A stretch of DNA of 43,731 nt, from the NCBI GenBank assembly GCA_030731635.1, contig JANQTR010000111.1, forward strand, positions 1 through 43,731, in the 5' to 3' direction. Position numbers and translations under genes: made by a program. The stretch comes from Erythrobacter sp. Its GTDB lineage: Bacteria; Pseudomonadota; Alphaproteobacteria; Sphingomonadales; Sphingomonadaceae. The stretch's first letter is position 1. Each line of letters starts with the position of its first letter. The notes beneath the pieces are model-generated. The model was given only the letters and a program-made list of their open reading frames with translations, did no database searches and was not told the DNA's origin. Shown here in pieces: positions 9,724 through 19,670 of this stretch.

Positions 9724-10689
9724 TCAGAAATCGCCGCCGGTAAGGCGCTGACACACCAAATCGAGCTGATCGAGGGTGGTGTAACGAATGGTAATCGTGC
9801 CCTTGCGCGGATCGCCTTCGGGTTTGATCTTCACAGTCAGGCCGAGAAATTCTTCGAGGTGCTGTTGCACCGCAAGGATATCGGCATTTTCCATGGTTTG
9901 CCCGTGAGGGCCGGGTTGCGGTGCAGGTGTTTCGGCCTTGGCGGTCTTGCGGGTCAGCACCTCCACGTCGCGCACCGAAAGCCCTTCGGACACCGCGATT
10001 TCGGCGATCTGCACCGCATCGTCACGCCCGATCAACGCGCGCACATGCCCGGTGCTAAGCTTACCCTGCTCGACCAACACCAGCACCGGTTCGGGCAGGC
10101 TCATCAACCGCTGCATATTGGCGACGTGGCTGCGCGATTTGTCGACCAGCTTGGCAATATCGACCTGAATCATGCCCTCTTCATCCGAGAGCCGCTGATA
10201 GGCGCGCGCTTCTTCAACCGGGTTCAGGTCTTCACGCTGAAGGTTTTCGATCAGCGCCAGTGCCATCACTTCGCGCTCAGATAGATTGCGCACCAGCGCC
10301 GGGATCTCGTGCAGCCGTGCCTTTTGCGCTGCGCGCCACCGCCGTTCACCCGCAACCAGCTGATAACCTTCACCATTTGGGTGCGGGCGGACGATAATCG
10401 GCTGGATCACACCGCGCGACGCGATCGACGACGCGAGTTCGTCCAGCGCGGCTTCGTCAAAATGCTTGCGCGGGTTGCCGGGCAGCGGCTTGATCGTGGC
10501 AAGTGCCAGCATGCGCAGCGGTGATGCACCTGGCGCGGGCGGCGCATCGGCCGCGTCATCACGCCGCACCAACGATTCTTCGCGCCGGGTTTCCCCCATC
10601 AGCGCGCCCAGCCCCTTGCCCAGTCGGCGCGGCTTGTCAGCGCGTAAATTCAAAGCCGAATCAAACGGTTGGGTGGTTTCGTCGTTCAT
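9724..10689 (-). CDS. parB: chromosome partitioning CTPase ParB
   Basis: LGKGLGAL N-terminal peptide, NPRKHF, LVAGERRWRA, ENLQREDL, HTH KSRSHVAN. Confidence 0.96.
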   Translation of the reverse strand: MNDETTQPFDSALNLRADKPRRLGKGLGALMGETRREESLVRRDDAADAPPAPGASPLRMLALATIKPLPGNPRKHFDEAALDELASSIASRGVIQPIIVRPHPNGEGYQLVAGERRWRAAQKARLHEIPALVRNLSEREVMALALIENLQREDLNPVEEARAYQRLSDEEGMIQVDIAKLVDKSRSHVANMQRLMSLPEPVLVLVEQGKLSTGHVRALIGRDDAVQIAEIAVSEGLSVRDVEVLTRKTAKAETPAPQPGPHGQTMENADILAVQQHLEEFLGLTVKIKPEGDPRKGTITIRYTTLDQLDLVCQRLTGGDF

Positions 10690-11462
10690 GCCGCCTGTCT
10701 TTCTGCGGGAAAGCGCCCGATCAGCTCACGCGCCAGCGCCATATAGGCGCGGCTACCGGTGCAATGCTGGTCATAGATCAGCGCTGGCAGCCCGTGGCCC
10801 GGTGCTTCGGACAGGCGGACATTGCGCGGAATCACCGTCTCGAACACCACGTTGCCAAGACATTCGCGCACATTTTCCGAAACTTCGTCCGTCAGCCGAT
10901 TGCGCCGGTCATACATCGTTAGAGCAACGCCGATGATGCCGAGATCGGGATTGAAGCGCTTCTGCACCTGATCGACAGTCTGGAGCAGCTGGCTCAGCCC
11001 TTCGAGCGCGAAAAACTCGCATTGCAGCGGCACCAACAGCGTGTCGGCCGCACACAGCGCGTTCAACGTCAGCAACCCGAGCGACGGTGGGCAATCGATA
11101 AAGGCAATGTCGTGCCCCGCATGATTCGCCAAAGCGCGGTGCAGGCGGTGGGTACGGCCTTCCACCGCGACCAGTTCCACCTCGGCCCCGCTCAGATCCA
11201 CGGTTGCCGGAATGATATCGAGCCGCGGGATGCTGGTCGGTATGATCGCGCTGTCGAGCGCGACTTCATCGACCAGCAGATCATAGCTCGACACTTCGCG
11301 CGAATCGGCATGAATGCCCAACCCGGTCGACGCATTGCCTTGCGGATCGAGGTCGATCAGCAGCGTGCGCCATCCGGTCGCCGCCATGGCGGTGGCGATA
11401 TTGATCGCGGTGGTGGTTTTGCCCACGCCGCCTTTCTGATTGGCGATTGCGATCGTTAACAT
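10686..11462 (-). CDS. parA: chromosome partitioning ATPase ParA
   Basis: NQKGGVGKTTT, DLDPQGN, DCPPSLG, PLQCEFFALEG, IPRNVRLSEAP. Confidence 0.96.
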   Translation of the reverse strand: MLTIAIANQKGGVGKTTTAINIATAMAATGWRTLLIDLDPQGNASTGLGIHADSREVSSYDLLVDEVALDSAIIPTSIPRLDIIPATVDLSGAEVELVAVEGRTHRLHRALANHAGHDIAFIDCPPSLGLLTLNALCAADTLLVPLQCEFFALEGLSQLLQTVDQVQKRFNPDLGIIGVALTMYDRRNRLTDEVSENVRECLGNVVFETVIPRNVRLSEAPGHGLPALIYDQHCTGSRAYMALARELIGRFPAERQAA

Positions 11463-11535
11463 GATGGGGCCAGCATGGTGGTAATCCGTCCTTCCCGCGC
11501 GCAGATTCGCGTAAAACCGCTGCCATTTTCGCGTG

Positions 11536-12177
11536 TCAGGCCTTCACGATGATCCCGGCGTCGGGATCGGTCAAGGAATGTTTCACGTGAAACATTGCCC
11601 GAATCGAAGGCTTGAGCGTCTCTAACTCCTGCGCTGCCGAGCGGCCCTTGGGCAAGACATAGCGCGTGGCGCTTGTGGAGAAGGGTGCGGATAAGGCGAG
11701 GAGTTTGGGCAATGGCGCAAAGGCGCGTGCCGAAATGGCGCGGGCAGCGAACGGGTTGATGCGCTCCAAACGCTGCGCTTCGACCCGGCATTTGCGCAAA
11801 TCGAGCGCGGCAACGCAGCGTTCCAGAAACTCCGCCCGCCGCGCACGCGATTCAACCAGCACGACCGGCATATTCGGATTAAGCGCCGCAATCACCAGCC
11901 CCGGAAACCCAGGCCCACTACCAAGATCGAGCCACGGCCCGCCCGCATTGGCCCCCAATGTTTCACGTGAAACATTTTGGATGAGCTGCGCCGAATCGGC
12001 GATGTGGCGCTGCCAGATGTGGGCTTCGGTCGCCTTGGCGATCAGGTTCTGGCGCTGATTTTCGTCCAGCACCAGCGCAGCAAAGGCTTCGATCCGCGCC
12101 ATGCCTTCATCATCGGTCAGGCCGGCAACATAGGCGCGCGCTTCGGCTTCGCCTGAGATGGCTTGGGGGGTAATCAT
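11536..12177 (-). CDS. rsmG: 16S rRNA m7G527 methyltransferase (GidB)
   Basis: [32 protein letters not shown]; mnmG-rsmG-parAB synteny. Confidence 0.95.
   Translation of the reverse strand: MITPQAISGEAEARAYVAGLTDDEGMARIEAFAALVLDENQRQNLIAKATEAHIWQRHIADSAQLIQNVSRETLGANAGGPWLDLGSGPGFPGLVIAALNPNMPVVLVESRARRAEFLERCVAALDLRKCRVEAQRLERINPFAARAISARAFAPLPKLLALSAPFSTSATRYVLPKGRSAAQELETLKPSIRAMFHVKHSLTDPDAGIIVKA
11579..11594. promoter_or_regulatory. parS: parS site 1 (inside rsmG)
   Basis: TGTTTCACGTGAAACA, extends to a 20-bp palindrome at 11577-11596. Confidence 0.92.
11959..11974. promoter_or_regulatory. parS: parS site 2 (inside rsmG)
   Basis: TGTTTCACGTGAAACA perfect palindrome. Confidence 0.92.
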
Positions 12178-14036
12178 GCCGCGCGCTGGCCAGTGGCTAT
12201 CCGCCGCGCATGCACCAGCAGCGCTGACAAGGCAGCGGGCGTCACCCCGACCACTCGCCCTGCAGCCGCCAGCGTTCCCGGCGCAGCCCGTGTCAGGCGC
12301 TCGATCATCTCGTTCGAAAGCCCCGGCACCTGAGTATAGGGAAAATCCGCTGCCAGAGCCAAACTCTCGCTCGCGCGCAGATCGCGCAATTCGCTATCCT
12401 GCCGCGCCAGATAGGGCGCATAGGCGGCATCCTCGGCCATTTCCTCCGCCAGCAACGGGTCGCGCGCGGTAAAATCGCCCAGCCATGGAGCGAGCGCCGC
12501 TGGTGTCACACCGTCATGCCGCAACCATTCGCTCAGCGGCTTCTGGCCCAGATCGCGGCGCACGGGCAGCCCTGCGTCAGCCAGGTCGCGCGCATGTACG
12601 GGTTGCGAATGTTTCACGTGAAACATTTTGCGCGTCTCCTCGCGCCGTTCAAACCAGGCGCGCCGCTCTTCTCCCACGCAGCCCGCGGCGATTCCCAGCC
12701 CGGTCAGGCGGGTCGCGGCGTTATTGGCCCGCAGGCGCAGGCGGTATTCGGCGCGCGACGTGAGCATCCGGTAAGGCTCCGACACCCCTTGCAAGGTCAG
12801 ATCATCAACCATCACCGCGATGTACGAATTGGCCCGGTCAAGTGTGGGCGCAACCTTGCCCAGCGCCGCAGCCGCAGCCGCCAACCCGGCTACCAATCCC
12901 TGCGCGGCAGCTTCTTCGTACCCGGTGGTGCCGTTGATCTGCCCGGCGCAATAGAGGCCGGGGATTGCGCGAACCTGCAAATCCGGGGTCAGCGCGCGCG
13001 GGTCGATGTGATCATACTCGACTGCATAGCCCGGCTGCACGATCACCGCTGCTGCACACCCCGGCATGGTCCGCACCACAGTCTCCTGCACATCAGTCGG
13101 CAAGGAGGTGCTGATGCCGTTGGGATAGACCATATGTGTGTCCAGCCCCTCTGGCTCCAGGAAAACCTGATGGCCTTCGCGGTCGCCAAAGCGGTGAATC
13201 TTGTCTTCAATCGATGGGCAGTAACGCGGCCCCGCCGCGGCAATTGCGCCCGAAAACAGCGGAGAGCGGTGCAGGTTGGCACGAATCGCGTCATGCCCTG
13301 CCTGCGTGGTGCGGGTGATGCCACAGAATACCTCGGGATTGACGCGGCGCGGGGTCATCGCGGACATGGTCCACGCCTCACCATCCGATGGCTGTTCTTC
13401 CAGCGCCGCCCAATCGATCGTGCGGCCATCGAGCCGCGGCGGCGTGCCGGTCTTCAACCGCGCCATCGGCAGGTCGGCAGCGCGCAGCTGTTGTGCAAGC
13501 CGCTTGGCCGCGTTTTCACCAATCCGCCCGCCTTCGTACCGTTCTTCACCCCGGAACAGCACCCCGCCGAGGAACGTCCCCGTGCACAGCACCACCCGCG
13601 CGGCGTTAAGGATCGTGCCGTCCGCCAGCTCCAACCCGGCCACTTTGCCCCCGTCGAGCACCAGCGCGGCAGCTTCACCCTGAACCAAGGTGAGGCCCAC
13701 TTGCGCCCGCACAATCGCCTGAACGGCTGCCTTGAACCGGACCCGGTCAGCCTGCACGCGCGGTCCCCATACCGCACTGCCCTTTGATCGGTTGAGCATC
13801 CGGTAATGGATCGCACCAGCATCCGCCGCGCGCCCAATCACCCCGTCGAGCGCATCAACCTCGCGAACCAGATGGCCCTTGCCCAACCCGCCAATCGCCG
13901 GATTGCAGCTCATCGCGCCGATGGCATTGAGATCAAAGCTGACGAGGGCCGTGCGCGCACCCATCCGCGCCGAAGCACAGGCGGCTTCGACCCCGGCGTG
14001 ACCGCCGCCGATAATGATGACATCGAATTGGTGCAT
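12174..14036 (-). CDS. mnmG: tRNA U34 modification enzyme MnmG (GidA)
   Basis: [62 protein letters not shown]. Confidence 0.97.
   Translation of the reverse strand: MHQFDVIIIGGGHAGVEAACASARMGARTALVSFDLNAIGAMSCNPAIGGLGKGHLVREVDALDGVIGRAADAGAIHYRMLNRSKGSAVWGPRVQADRVRFKAAVQAIVRAQVGLTLVQGEAAALVLDGGKVAGLELADGTILNAARVVLCTGTFLGGVLFRGEERYEGGRIGENAAKRLAQQLRAADLPMARLKTGTPPRLDGRTIDWAALEEQPSDGEAWTMSAMTPRRVNPEVFCGITRTTQAGHDAIRANLHRSPLFSGAIAAAGPRYCPSIEDKIHRFGDREGHQVFLEPEGLDTHMVYPNGISTSLPTDVQETVVRTMPGCAAAVIVQPGYAVEYDHIDPRALTPDLQVRAIPGLYCAGQINGTTGYEEAAAQGLVAGLAAAAAALGKVAPTLDRANSYIAVMVDDLTLQGVSEPYRMLTSRAEYRLRLRANNAATRLTGLGIAAGCVGEERRAWFERREETRKMFHVKHSQPVHARDLADAGLPVRRDLGQKPLSEWLRHDGVTPAALAPWLGDFTARDPLLAEEMAEDAAYAPYLARQDSELRDLRASESLALAADFPYTQVPGLSNEMIERLTRAAPGTLAAAGRVVGVTPAALSALLVHARRIATGQRAA
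12610..12625. promoter_or_regulatory. parS: parS site 3 (inside mnmG)
   Basis: TGTTTCACGTGAAACA perfect palindrome. Confidence 0.92.
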
Positions 14037-14046
14037 GGTGGTGCGG

Positions 14047-14075
14047 CAGATAGGGCGCAGCAGGGGAATCGTCAA
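14047..14075 (-). promoter_or_regulatory. putative sigma70 promoter of mnmG-rsmG(-parAB)
   Basis: TTGACG-N17-TATCTG, 10 nt before the ATG; GANTC at 14066-14070. Confidence 0.6.
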
Positions 14076-14095
14076 AGCTGTTTCATGGGGGCGAA

Positions 14096-14111
14096 TGTTT
14101 CACGTGAAACA
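14096..14111. promoter_or_regulatory. parS: parS site 4 (intergenic)
   Basis: TGTTTCACGTGAAACA. Confidence 0.95.
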
Positions 14112-14135
14112 TTGGCAGCGGCCACGAGTCCAAAA

Positions 14136-14151
14136 TGTTTCACGTGAAACA
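14136..14151. promoter_or_regulatory. parS: parS site 5 (intergenic)
   Basis: Core lies within the 26-bp palindrome CAAAATGTTTCACGTGAAACATTTTG (14131-14156), 40 bp from site 4. Confidence 0.95.
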
Positions 14152-14166
14152 TTTTGACTGGCCGCG

Positions 14167-15471
14167 TCACTTGCCGATGCAGAACCGCCCGAACAGCGCG
14201 TCGAGCATGTCCTCGGTCGTTGCCCGGCCAATCAACCTATCGAACGCAACGCGCGCACGGCGAAGCTCCTCGGCAATCAGTAGTGGGTCCGACAGCAACC
14301 GAGCCGCCGTCAGCGCCGCCGCCGCTTCGGTCAGGCGCGCATGTTGGCGGGCGTTGAGTGCTGCTTCGCCCGGCTTGGGCATTGCGCCCCGCGCCCCATC
14401 GATCAGCGCGTGTTTGAGTGGTGCAAGCCCCGCTCCGCTCATCGCCGAGACCGTAAACCGCGCTGCCACCTTGGGAGCAAAGCCATCGCGATCAGCCTGC
14501 GCCGCGATCTCCCAAGCGCCCAAAGGCCCCTCGCCCTCCGTGCCAAGCCACAGCACGCAATCGGCCCGCAGCAGTTCGCCGCGCGCCCGGTGGATGCCGA
14601 TAGCCTCAATTTCGTCGGCGCTAGCCCCGCCCTCGACGACCCGTAGCCCGGCGGTATCGACGAACGTGAACGCCGCGCCGCCAATCGCGACCGATCGTTC
14701 GATCACATCGCGCGTCGTCCCGGCAATCGGTGAAGTGATCGCCGCCTCGCTCTCGATCAGTGCGTTGAACAGCGTGGACTTGCCCGCATTGGGCGGACCA
14801 GCCAACACCACCCGGAACCCCTCCCCCAACCGTTCAGACCGTGGGCGGGTCAGCCATTGCTGCAATTCATCGGCCAGCCCAGCAATGTTCCACGTGAAAC
14901 ATTCGGGCAATGAGGCGGCGTCTTCCTCATCGGCGAAATCGAGCACGGCTTCGACTTGCGCCGCCAAGGATAACGCGTTGTCACGCCATGCCTCCACCTG
15001 CCGTGAGAGAGCCCCGCCCGCATTGGCGAGCGCGGCGGCGCGTTGCCATTCGGTTTCAGCTGACAGCAGGTCGGCCAACCCTTCGGCCTCCGCCAGATCG
15101 ATGCGGCCATTGGCAAAGGCGCGGCGGGTGAATTCGCCGGGTTCAGCGCGGCGCAGACCGGGCAGCGCCGCCAGCGCCGCCTCCACCGCCGCAATCACCG
15201 CACGCCCGCCATGACAGTGCAGTTCGGCCAGGTCTTCCCCCGTGGCAGTGTTCGGGCCGGGAAACCACAGCACCAACGCCTCATCCAGGGGCTTGCCTGC
15301 ACCATCGCGCAGCCGCGCCAAAGACGCCCGCCGCGGTTGTGGGACCCGCCCAGCCAAGGCCGCCAGCGCTGCCCCGGCTTGCGAGCCGGAAATGCGGATC
15401 ACCCCGATTGCAGACGGGGCCGCGCCGCTCGACAGGGCAAATATGGTCGGCACAGCATTCATACTCGGCAT
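14167..15471 (-). CDS. mnmE: tRNA modification GTPase MnmE (alternative start 15462)
   Basis: TIFALSSG, ELHCHGG, PGEFTRRAF, GPPNAGKS, GTTRD, DTAG, FGRFCIGK. Confidence 0.96.
   Translation of the reverse strand: MPSMNAVPTIFALSSGAAPSAIGVIRISGSQAGAALAALAGRVPQPRRASLARLRDGAGKPLDEALVLWFPGPNTATGEDLAELHCHGGRAVIAAVEAALAALPGLRRAEPGEFTRRAFANGRIDLAEAEGLADLLSAETEWQRAAALANAGGALSRQVEAWRDNALSLAAQVEAVLDFADEEDAASLPECFTWNIAGLADELQQWLTRPRSERLGEGFRVVLAGPPNAGKSTLFNALIESEAAITSPIAGTTRDVIERSVAIGGAAFTFVDTAGLRVVEGGASADEIEAIGIHRARGELLRADCVLWLGTEGEGPLGAWEIAAQADRDGFAPKVAARFTVSAMSGAGLAPLKHALIDGARGAMPKPGEAALNARQHARLTEAAAALTAARLLSDPLLIAEELRRARVAFDRLIGRATTEDMLDALFGRFCIGK
14886..14901. promoter_or_regulatory. parS: parS site 6 (inside mnmE)
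   Basis: TGTTCCACGTGAAACA, a common parS variant. Confidence 0.85.
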
Positions 15472-15481
15472 GGGCGCAGGA

Positions 15482-15748
15482 TCAGTCAGACCCCTTCGAT
15501 CCCGTATCGCTGCCGCGCGATGCGGCTTTCATCCCGCTTTCAACAAAGCTTTGAAACAGCTTCAAGCCGACCTGGCCCATGGGTGCCAAGGCCGAAGCAT
15601 ATTCCTGTAGTTGTTCAGGATTTGATACGCCTTTCATCGCCTTGGCAAGGTTGTCGACATAGACGTTGTTGGCCGCGCTGACATCGGGCAGGCCCATGAA
15701 ATTGCGGGCCTCTTCGGGCGTGCATTCGATTTCGATGTTGATCTTCAT
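15482..15748 (-). CDS. small conserved protein (DUF6489-like)
   Basis: MKINIEIECTPEEARNFMGLPDV; GAGGAG SD. Confidence 0.75.
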   Translation of the reverse strand: MKINIEIECTPEEARNFMGLPDVSAANNVYVDNLAKAMKGVSNPEQLQEYASALAPMGQVGLKLFQSFVESGMKAASRGSDTGSKGSD

Positions 15749-15853
15749 GGGGCGGGTCTCCTCTCCCGGTGCTCCTGCCTCATTTGGGCTTGGCAGCCAA
15801 GCAAGGCAAGAGATAGGGTTTGCACGCCGAACCCTGACAGGAAAGAGACATCG

Positions 15854-16552
15854 ATGACCTTGAACGCAACGATCCCCACACTTGAAGACGGCACCGCGTT
15901 CGGCGCCTATATCGCCCGGCCTGCTGGCACAGCCAAGGCGGCGATTATCGTGATTCAGGAGATTTTCGGGGTGAACCCCGGCATTCGCCAGAAATGCGAC
16001 AAGCTCGCCGCGGAAGGCTATGTTGCGCTGGCCCCAGACCTGTTCTGGCGCTTGCAACCAGGCGTGTCGCTTGACCCCGATGTTGAGCCTGAGTTTGCCC
16101 AGGCGCTGGATTGGATGGGGAAGTTCAATCAGGACGCTGGCATCCGCGATATTCAGGCAGCGATCAACTTCCTGCGTGAGCATGAAGGCACTGCCAAGGT
16201 CGGTTGTGTCGGATACTGTCTTGGCGGACGGCTCGCATATATGACGGCAGCGCGCACCAGCATTGATGCCAGCGTCGGGTATTACGGCGTAGGGATTGAC
16301 GGGTTGCTGGGAGAGAAAGACGCGATCGCCCATCCGCTGCTACTGCATATTCCCACCGCAGACGGTTTTGTTCCACGTGAAACACAGGCGGCAATGCACG
16401 CCGGGCTGGATGATCATCCGCGCGTGACAATCTATGATTATGACGGGCTCGACCATGGATTCGCCACCGAGACTGGTAAGCGCCGTGATGAGGCCGCCGC
16501 AACCCTGGCCGATGGCCGCACCGCCGCCTTCTTCGCGGAGGCTCTGGGGTGA
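15854..16552 (+). CDS. dienelactone hydrolase family protein
   Basis: QEIFGVN, APDLFWR, GYCLGG nucleophile elbow, HGF. Confidence 0.92.
   Translation: MTLNATIPTLEDGTAFGAYIARPAGTAKAAIIVIQEIFGVNPGIRQKCDKLAAEGYVALAPDLFWRLQPGVSLDPDVEPEFAQALDWMGKFNQDAGIRDIQAAINFLREHEGTAKVGCVGYCLGGRLAYMTAARTSIDASVGYYGVGIDGLLGEKDAIAHPLLLHIPTADGFVPRETQAAMHAGLDDHPRVTIYDYDGLDHGFATETGKRRDEAAATLADGRTAAFFAEALG
16369..16384. promoter_or_regulatory. parS: parS site 7 (inside the dienelactone hydrolase gene)
   Basis: TGTTCCACGTGAAACA, read as FVPRET. Confidence 0.8.
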
Positions 16553-16944
16553 GCGCTGGTAACCTTGCCAGCTGGCACGCCTATATGGAGGGCGGGAGCG
16601 ATCCCGCTCTCCTGTCAGCGCTGCTGGCCGATGACGCGGTGTTTCATTCGCCGGTGGTGCACACCCCGCAGGTCGGCAAGCCGGTGGTGATGGCCTATCT
16701 TCTGGCTGCGGCGCAGGTGCTGGGGAATGACAAATTCCACTACATCCGCGAGCTTGTGGACGGCGATGACATGATGCTCGAATTCGTCACCGAGCTGGAT
16801 GGAATCGCGATCAACGGCGTCGATATCATCCGCTTTAACGATGCAGGGCAGATCAGCGATTTCAAGGTGATGGTGCGCCCCTTGAAAGCGATTAACAAAG
16901 TGTGGGAGACGATGGGCGCGCAGTTGGCGGCGACTAAGGGGTAA
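16549..16944 (+). CDS. NTF2/SnoaL-like protein
   Basis: LLADDAVFHSPVV, INGVDII.F...G.I.DFKVMVRPLKA. Confidence 0.85.
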   Translation: MSAGNLASWHAYMEGGSDPALLSALLADDAVFHSPVVHTPQVGKPVVMAYLLAAAQVLGNDKFHYIRELVDGDDMMLEFVTELDGIAINGVDIIRFNDAGQISDFKVMVRPLKAINKVWETMGAQLAATKG

Positions 16945-16948
16945 AGCC

Positions 16949-17374
16949 CTATTCGGTGGCAAGCGGCGCGAGATAATAATCAGCGCGGCCTTGTGGAGCG
17001 ACCGGAATAACCATCAGGTTGAGCAAGACGGCGGCCAGGTGAGCCGGAAAAACGCCGATGATCACAGCCCAGGGCAGCAAGATCACAGTGTGAATTGCCA
17101 GAGACGCCCCCCAAAACCGGAAGATCGCCCGGCGCGGCCCCAAGGAAGTGCGGCCGGGTGCGGTAGCAGCGGACTGCCGCAGAATGTCTGATGCCGCGTT
17201 CCAATCCGCTGCAGCGATCCACAGCCGATGTCCGCCCAGTGCCAGGGAGTTGGCTTCCACCGATGCTTGAGCATTCGCGCCAATATGAACCTGAATCCCA
17301 TACCCTTCGAGCATGGCAGCCACGACCACTGCTTCAACCCGTGAAACCGTAATAGCGATGGTGATCAAGTCCAT
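16949..17374 (-). CDS. DUF2007-like (putative signal-transducing) protein with C-terminal TM helices
   Basis: EAVVVAAMLEGYGI.V...GGHRLWI..AD...A..IL pattern; hydrophobic C-terminal half. Confidence 0.6.
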   Translation of the reverse strand: MDLITIAITVSRVEAVVVAAMLEGYGIQVHIGANAQASVEANSLALGGHRLWIAAADWNAASDILRQSAATAPGRTSLGPRRAIFRFWGASLAIHTVILLPWAVIIGVFPAHLAAVLLNLMVIPVAPQGRADYYLAPLATE

Positions 17375-17449
17375 GAAGCATAGAACTAATTTACGGGTCC
17401 GCCTGTGGCAAGCGCCCAAATTACAGGGCAAAATACCGGCGGATTTTCA

Positions 17450-17875
17450 TCACTCTGGGTGCAACAGCAACCGATCTGCCTTCACACAATCATCGCTGAA
17501 AAACGCCTGCACTGCTTCCGTGACATAGTCCGGCACCGGACCGCTTGCCGCAATGGTCATTTTTTCCAGCGCGCCGGCGACCTCCTGTTCTGCAAAACAG
17601 TGCATCCGCCAGGCGGCAAATTTCGCAGCCGGGATCGAGCGTTCATCAATGACTTTGACGTCGCAGTGCCGCACATCCCTGCGGATCTGATCGAAGGTCG
17701 CCATCAGTGTCCAAGCTTCCCCTTCAAGCACCTGAAGGAAACGCTGGTCAACGAATAACAGAAAGCCGCTCAGGCCCTTGCGATCATTGGCGACGCGCGC
17801 GTGGTAGACCAGACGGAACAGCTCGGCCCGGTCCATCCCGGCTGACGCAGTGCTCTGATAGATGATCCGGCGCAT
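17450..17875 (-). CDS. stand-alone BLUF blue-light photoreceptor (A)
   Basis: IIYQS, AN..KGLSGFLL, FLQVLEG, DVRH, FAAWRM. Confidence 0.88.
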   Translation of the reverse strand: MRRIIYQSTASAGMDRAELFRLVYHARVANDRKGLSGFLLFVDQRFLQVLEGEAWTLMATFDQIRRDVRHCDVKVIDERSIPAAKFAAWRMHCFAEQEVAGALEKMTIAASGPVPDYVTEAVQAFFSDDCVKADRLLLHPE

Positions 17876-17962
17876 GTATTCCTCCCCAAACGATTGGGAA
17901 AGAACCTTAGCAAAAACAAGCTAGCAACGCGTTTTGGGCAACTGCGGGTTTGACCTTAGGCG

Positions 17963-18355
17963 CTAGTTCAGAACCGCGAAATTCACGATCATCTTCCGCA
18001 AGCCGGGATCTAACCCTTCGGGCAGATCACGCTCCAGCATGTCGCGGCGATTGGCGATACTCTCGGCGATCATCACGCGCTTCATTGCCCAATCGGGGCA
18101 GGTGCGCGCAGCAATCGCCCGATGGTCAAGCACCGACACCCCGCTGTGGCGCGGATCGCTGGTGATACGTTCCATCAGAGCGGCAACCTCACCCTCCTCG
18201 CCTTCGAGCAGCTGGAGAAAATTGCGGCCATTGAACAACAGCAAGCCGGTGATGCCGCGCACCGGATTGTTGCGGGCACTTGTTGCAAGAATCGCGTCGA
18301 CCTCCTCACGCGGCAAGGTCGGCGCGGTGCTGATATAGAGATATTGGCTGAGCAC
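17963..18355 (-). CDS. stand-alone BLUF blue-light photoreceptor (B)
   Basis: YLYIS, RNNPVRGITGLLL, FLQLLEG, DPRH, PDWAM. Confidence 0.92.
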   Translation of the reverse strand: MLSQYLYISTAPTLPREEVDAILATSARNNPVRGITGLLLFNGRNFLQLLEGEEGEVAALMERITSDPRHSGVSVLDHRAIAARTCPDWAMKRVMIAESIANRRDMLERDLPEGLDPGLRKMIVNFAVLN

Positions 18356-18404
18356 TGTTCCCGTCCGTCCGTTAGGTCCCTTACGCCCGCCCCCCGGCGG
18401 CAGA

Positions 18405-19670
18405 TTACTGGTTCATCGTATCGAAGAAATCCGAATTGGTCTTCGAATCCTTCATCTTGTCCAGCAGGAATTCCATCGCATCTACGGTGCCCATCTGCAT
18501 CAGGATGCGGCGCAGCACCCACATCTTGGACATCTTGTCCTTTTCGACCAGCAGCTCTTCTTTGCGGGTGCCGGATTTGCCGACATCCAGCGCGGGGAAG
18601 ATGCGCTTGTCGGAAACCTTGCGATCCAGCACGATTTCGCTGTTACCGGTGCCCTTGAACTCTTCGAAGATCACTTCGTCCATGCGGCTGCCGGTATCGA
18701 TCAGGGCTGTGGCGATGATCGAGAGGCTGCCGCCCTCCTCGATATTGCGCGCCGCGCCGAAGAACCGCTTGGGCCGCTGGAGCGCGTTGGCATCAACGCC
18801 GCCGGTCAGCACCTTGCCCGATGATGGCACCACGGTGTTGTAAGCCCGGCCGAGACGCGTGATCGAATCGAGCAGGATCACCACATCGCGCTTGTGTTCG
18901 ACCAATCGCTTGGCCTTTTCGATCACCATTTCAGCGACCTGCACGTGGCGATTGGCGGGTTCATCAAAGGTGGATGATATGACTTCACCCTTCACGCTGC
19001 GCTGCATGTCGGTGACTTCTTCGGGCCGTTCGTCGACCAGCAGCACGATCAGAAACACCTCAGGGTGGTTGTCGGTGATCGCCTTGGCGATGTTCTGGAG
19101 CAGCACGGTCTTACCGGTGCGCGGCGGGGCGACGATTAGCGCGCGCTGGCCTTTGCCCTGCGGCGCGATGATATCAATCACCCGCGCGCTCTTGTCCTTT
19201 ACCGTCGGGTCAAGGCAGTCGAGCGTCAGCTTTTCGTCGGGATAAAGCGGGGTGAGGTTATCGAAATTGGTGCGCAGGCGGACCGCGTCGGGATCATCGA
19301 AATTGACCTTGGCCAGGGTGGTGATCGCAAAATAGCGTTCGCCATCGCGCGGCGCGCGGATTTCGCCTTCGACCGTATCGCCCGTGCGCAGACCCCATTT
19401 GCGGACCTGATTGGGCGAGACATAAATATCGTCCGGCCCAGCAAGATAGTTGGCTTCGGGCGAGCGCAGAAAGCCGAAACCATCCTGCAACACCTCGATG
19501 GTGCCGATACCCATGATTTTTTCTTCGTATTCCTCATCCTCGGCCAATTCGCGCAGGATGCTGAACAGCAGATCCTGACGGCGCATGGTCGAGGCGCCTT
19601 CAACGCCGAGTTCTTCCGCCATCGCGACCAATTCGGCCGGGGTCTTTCGCTTGAGGTCTTTGAGATGCAT
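18405..19670 (-). CDS. rho: transcription termination factor Rho
   Basis: [47 protein letters not shown]. Confidence 0.98.
   Translation of the reverse strand: MHLKDLKRKTPAELVAMAEELGVEGASTMRRQDLLFSILRELAEDEEYEEKIMGIGTIEVLQDGFGFLRSPEANYLAGPDDIYVSPNQVRKWGLRTGDTVEGEIRAPRDGERYFAITTLAKVNFDDPDAVRLRTNFDNLTPLYPDEKLTLDCLDPTVKDKSARVIDIIAPQGKGQRALIVAPPRTGKTVLLQNIAKAITDNHPEVFLIVLLVDERPEEVTDMQRSVKGEVISSTFDEPANRHVQVAEMVIEKAKRLVEHKRDVVILLDSITRLGRAYNTVVPSSGKVLTGGVDANALQRPKRFFGAARNIEEGGSLSIIATALIDTGSRMDEVIFEEFKGTGNSEIVLDRKVSDKRIFPALDVGKSGTRKEELLVEKDKMSKMWVLRRILMQMGTVDAMEFLLDKMKDSKTNSDFFDTMNQ

Noticed and set aside
12516-13787. Long antisense ORFs (also 14135-15214, 20372-21343, 30974-32104, 32931-34148)
   Set aside because: These are shadows of well-supported genes on the opposite strand, typical of high-GC DNA, with no recognisable motifs.
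11577-14156. Repeated palindromes as a CRISPR array or REP/MITE family
   Set aside because: Spacing is irregular, there are no cas or transposase genes, and the sequence matches the parS consensus.
15749-16333. N-terminal extension of ORF 15482-16333
   Set aside because: It is antisense to the dienelactone hydrolase gene. The real start with an SD is 15748.
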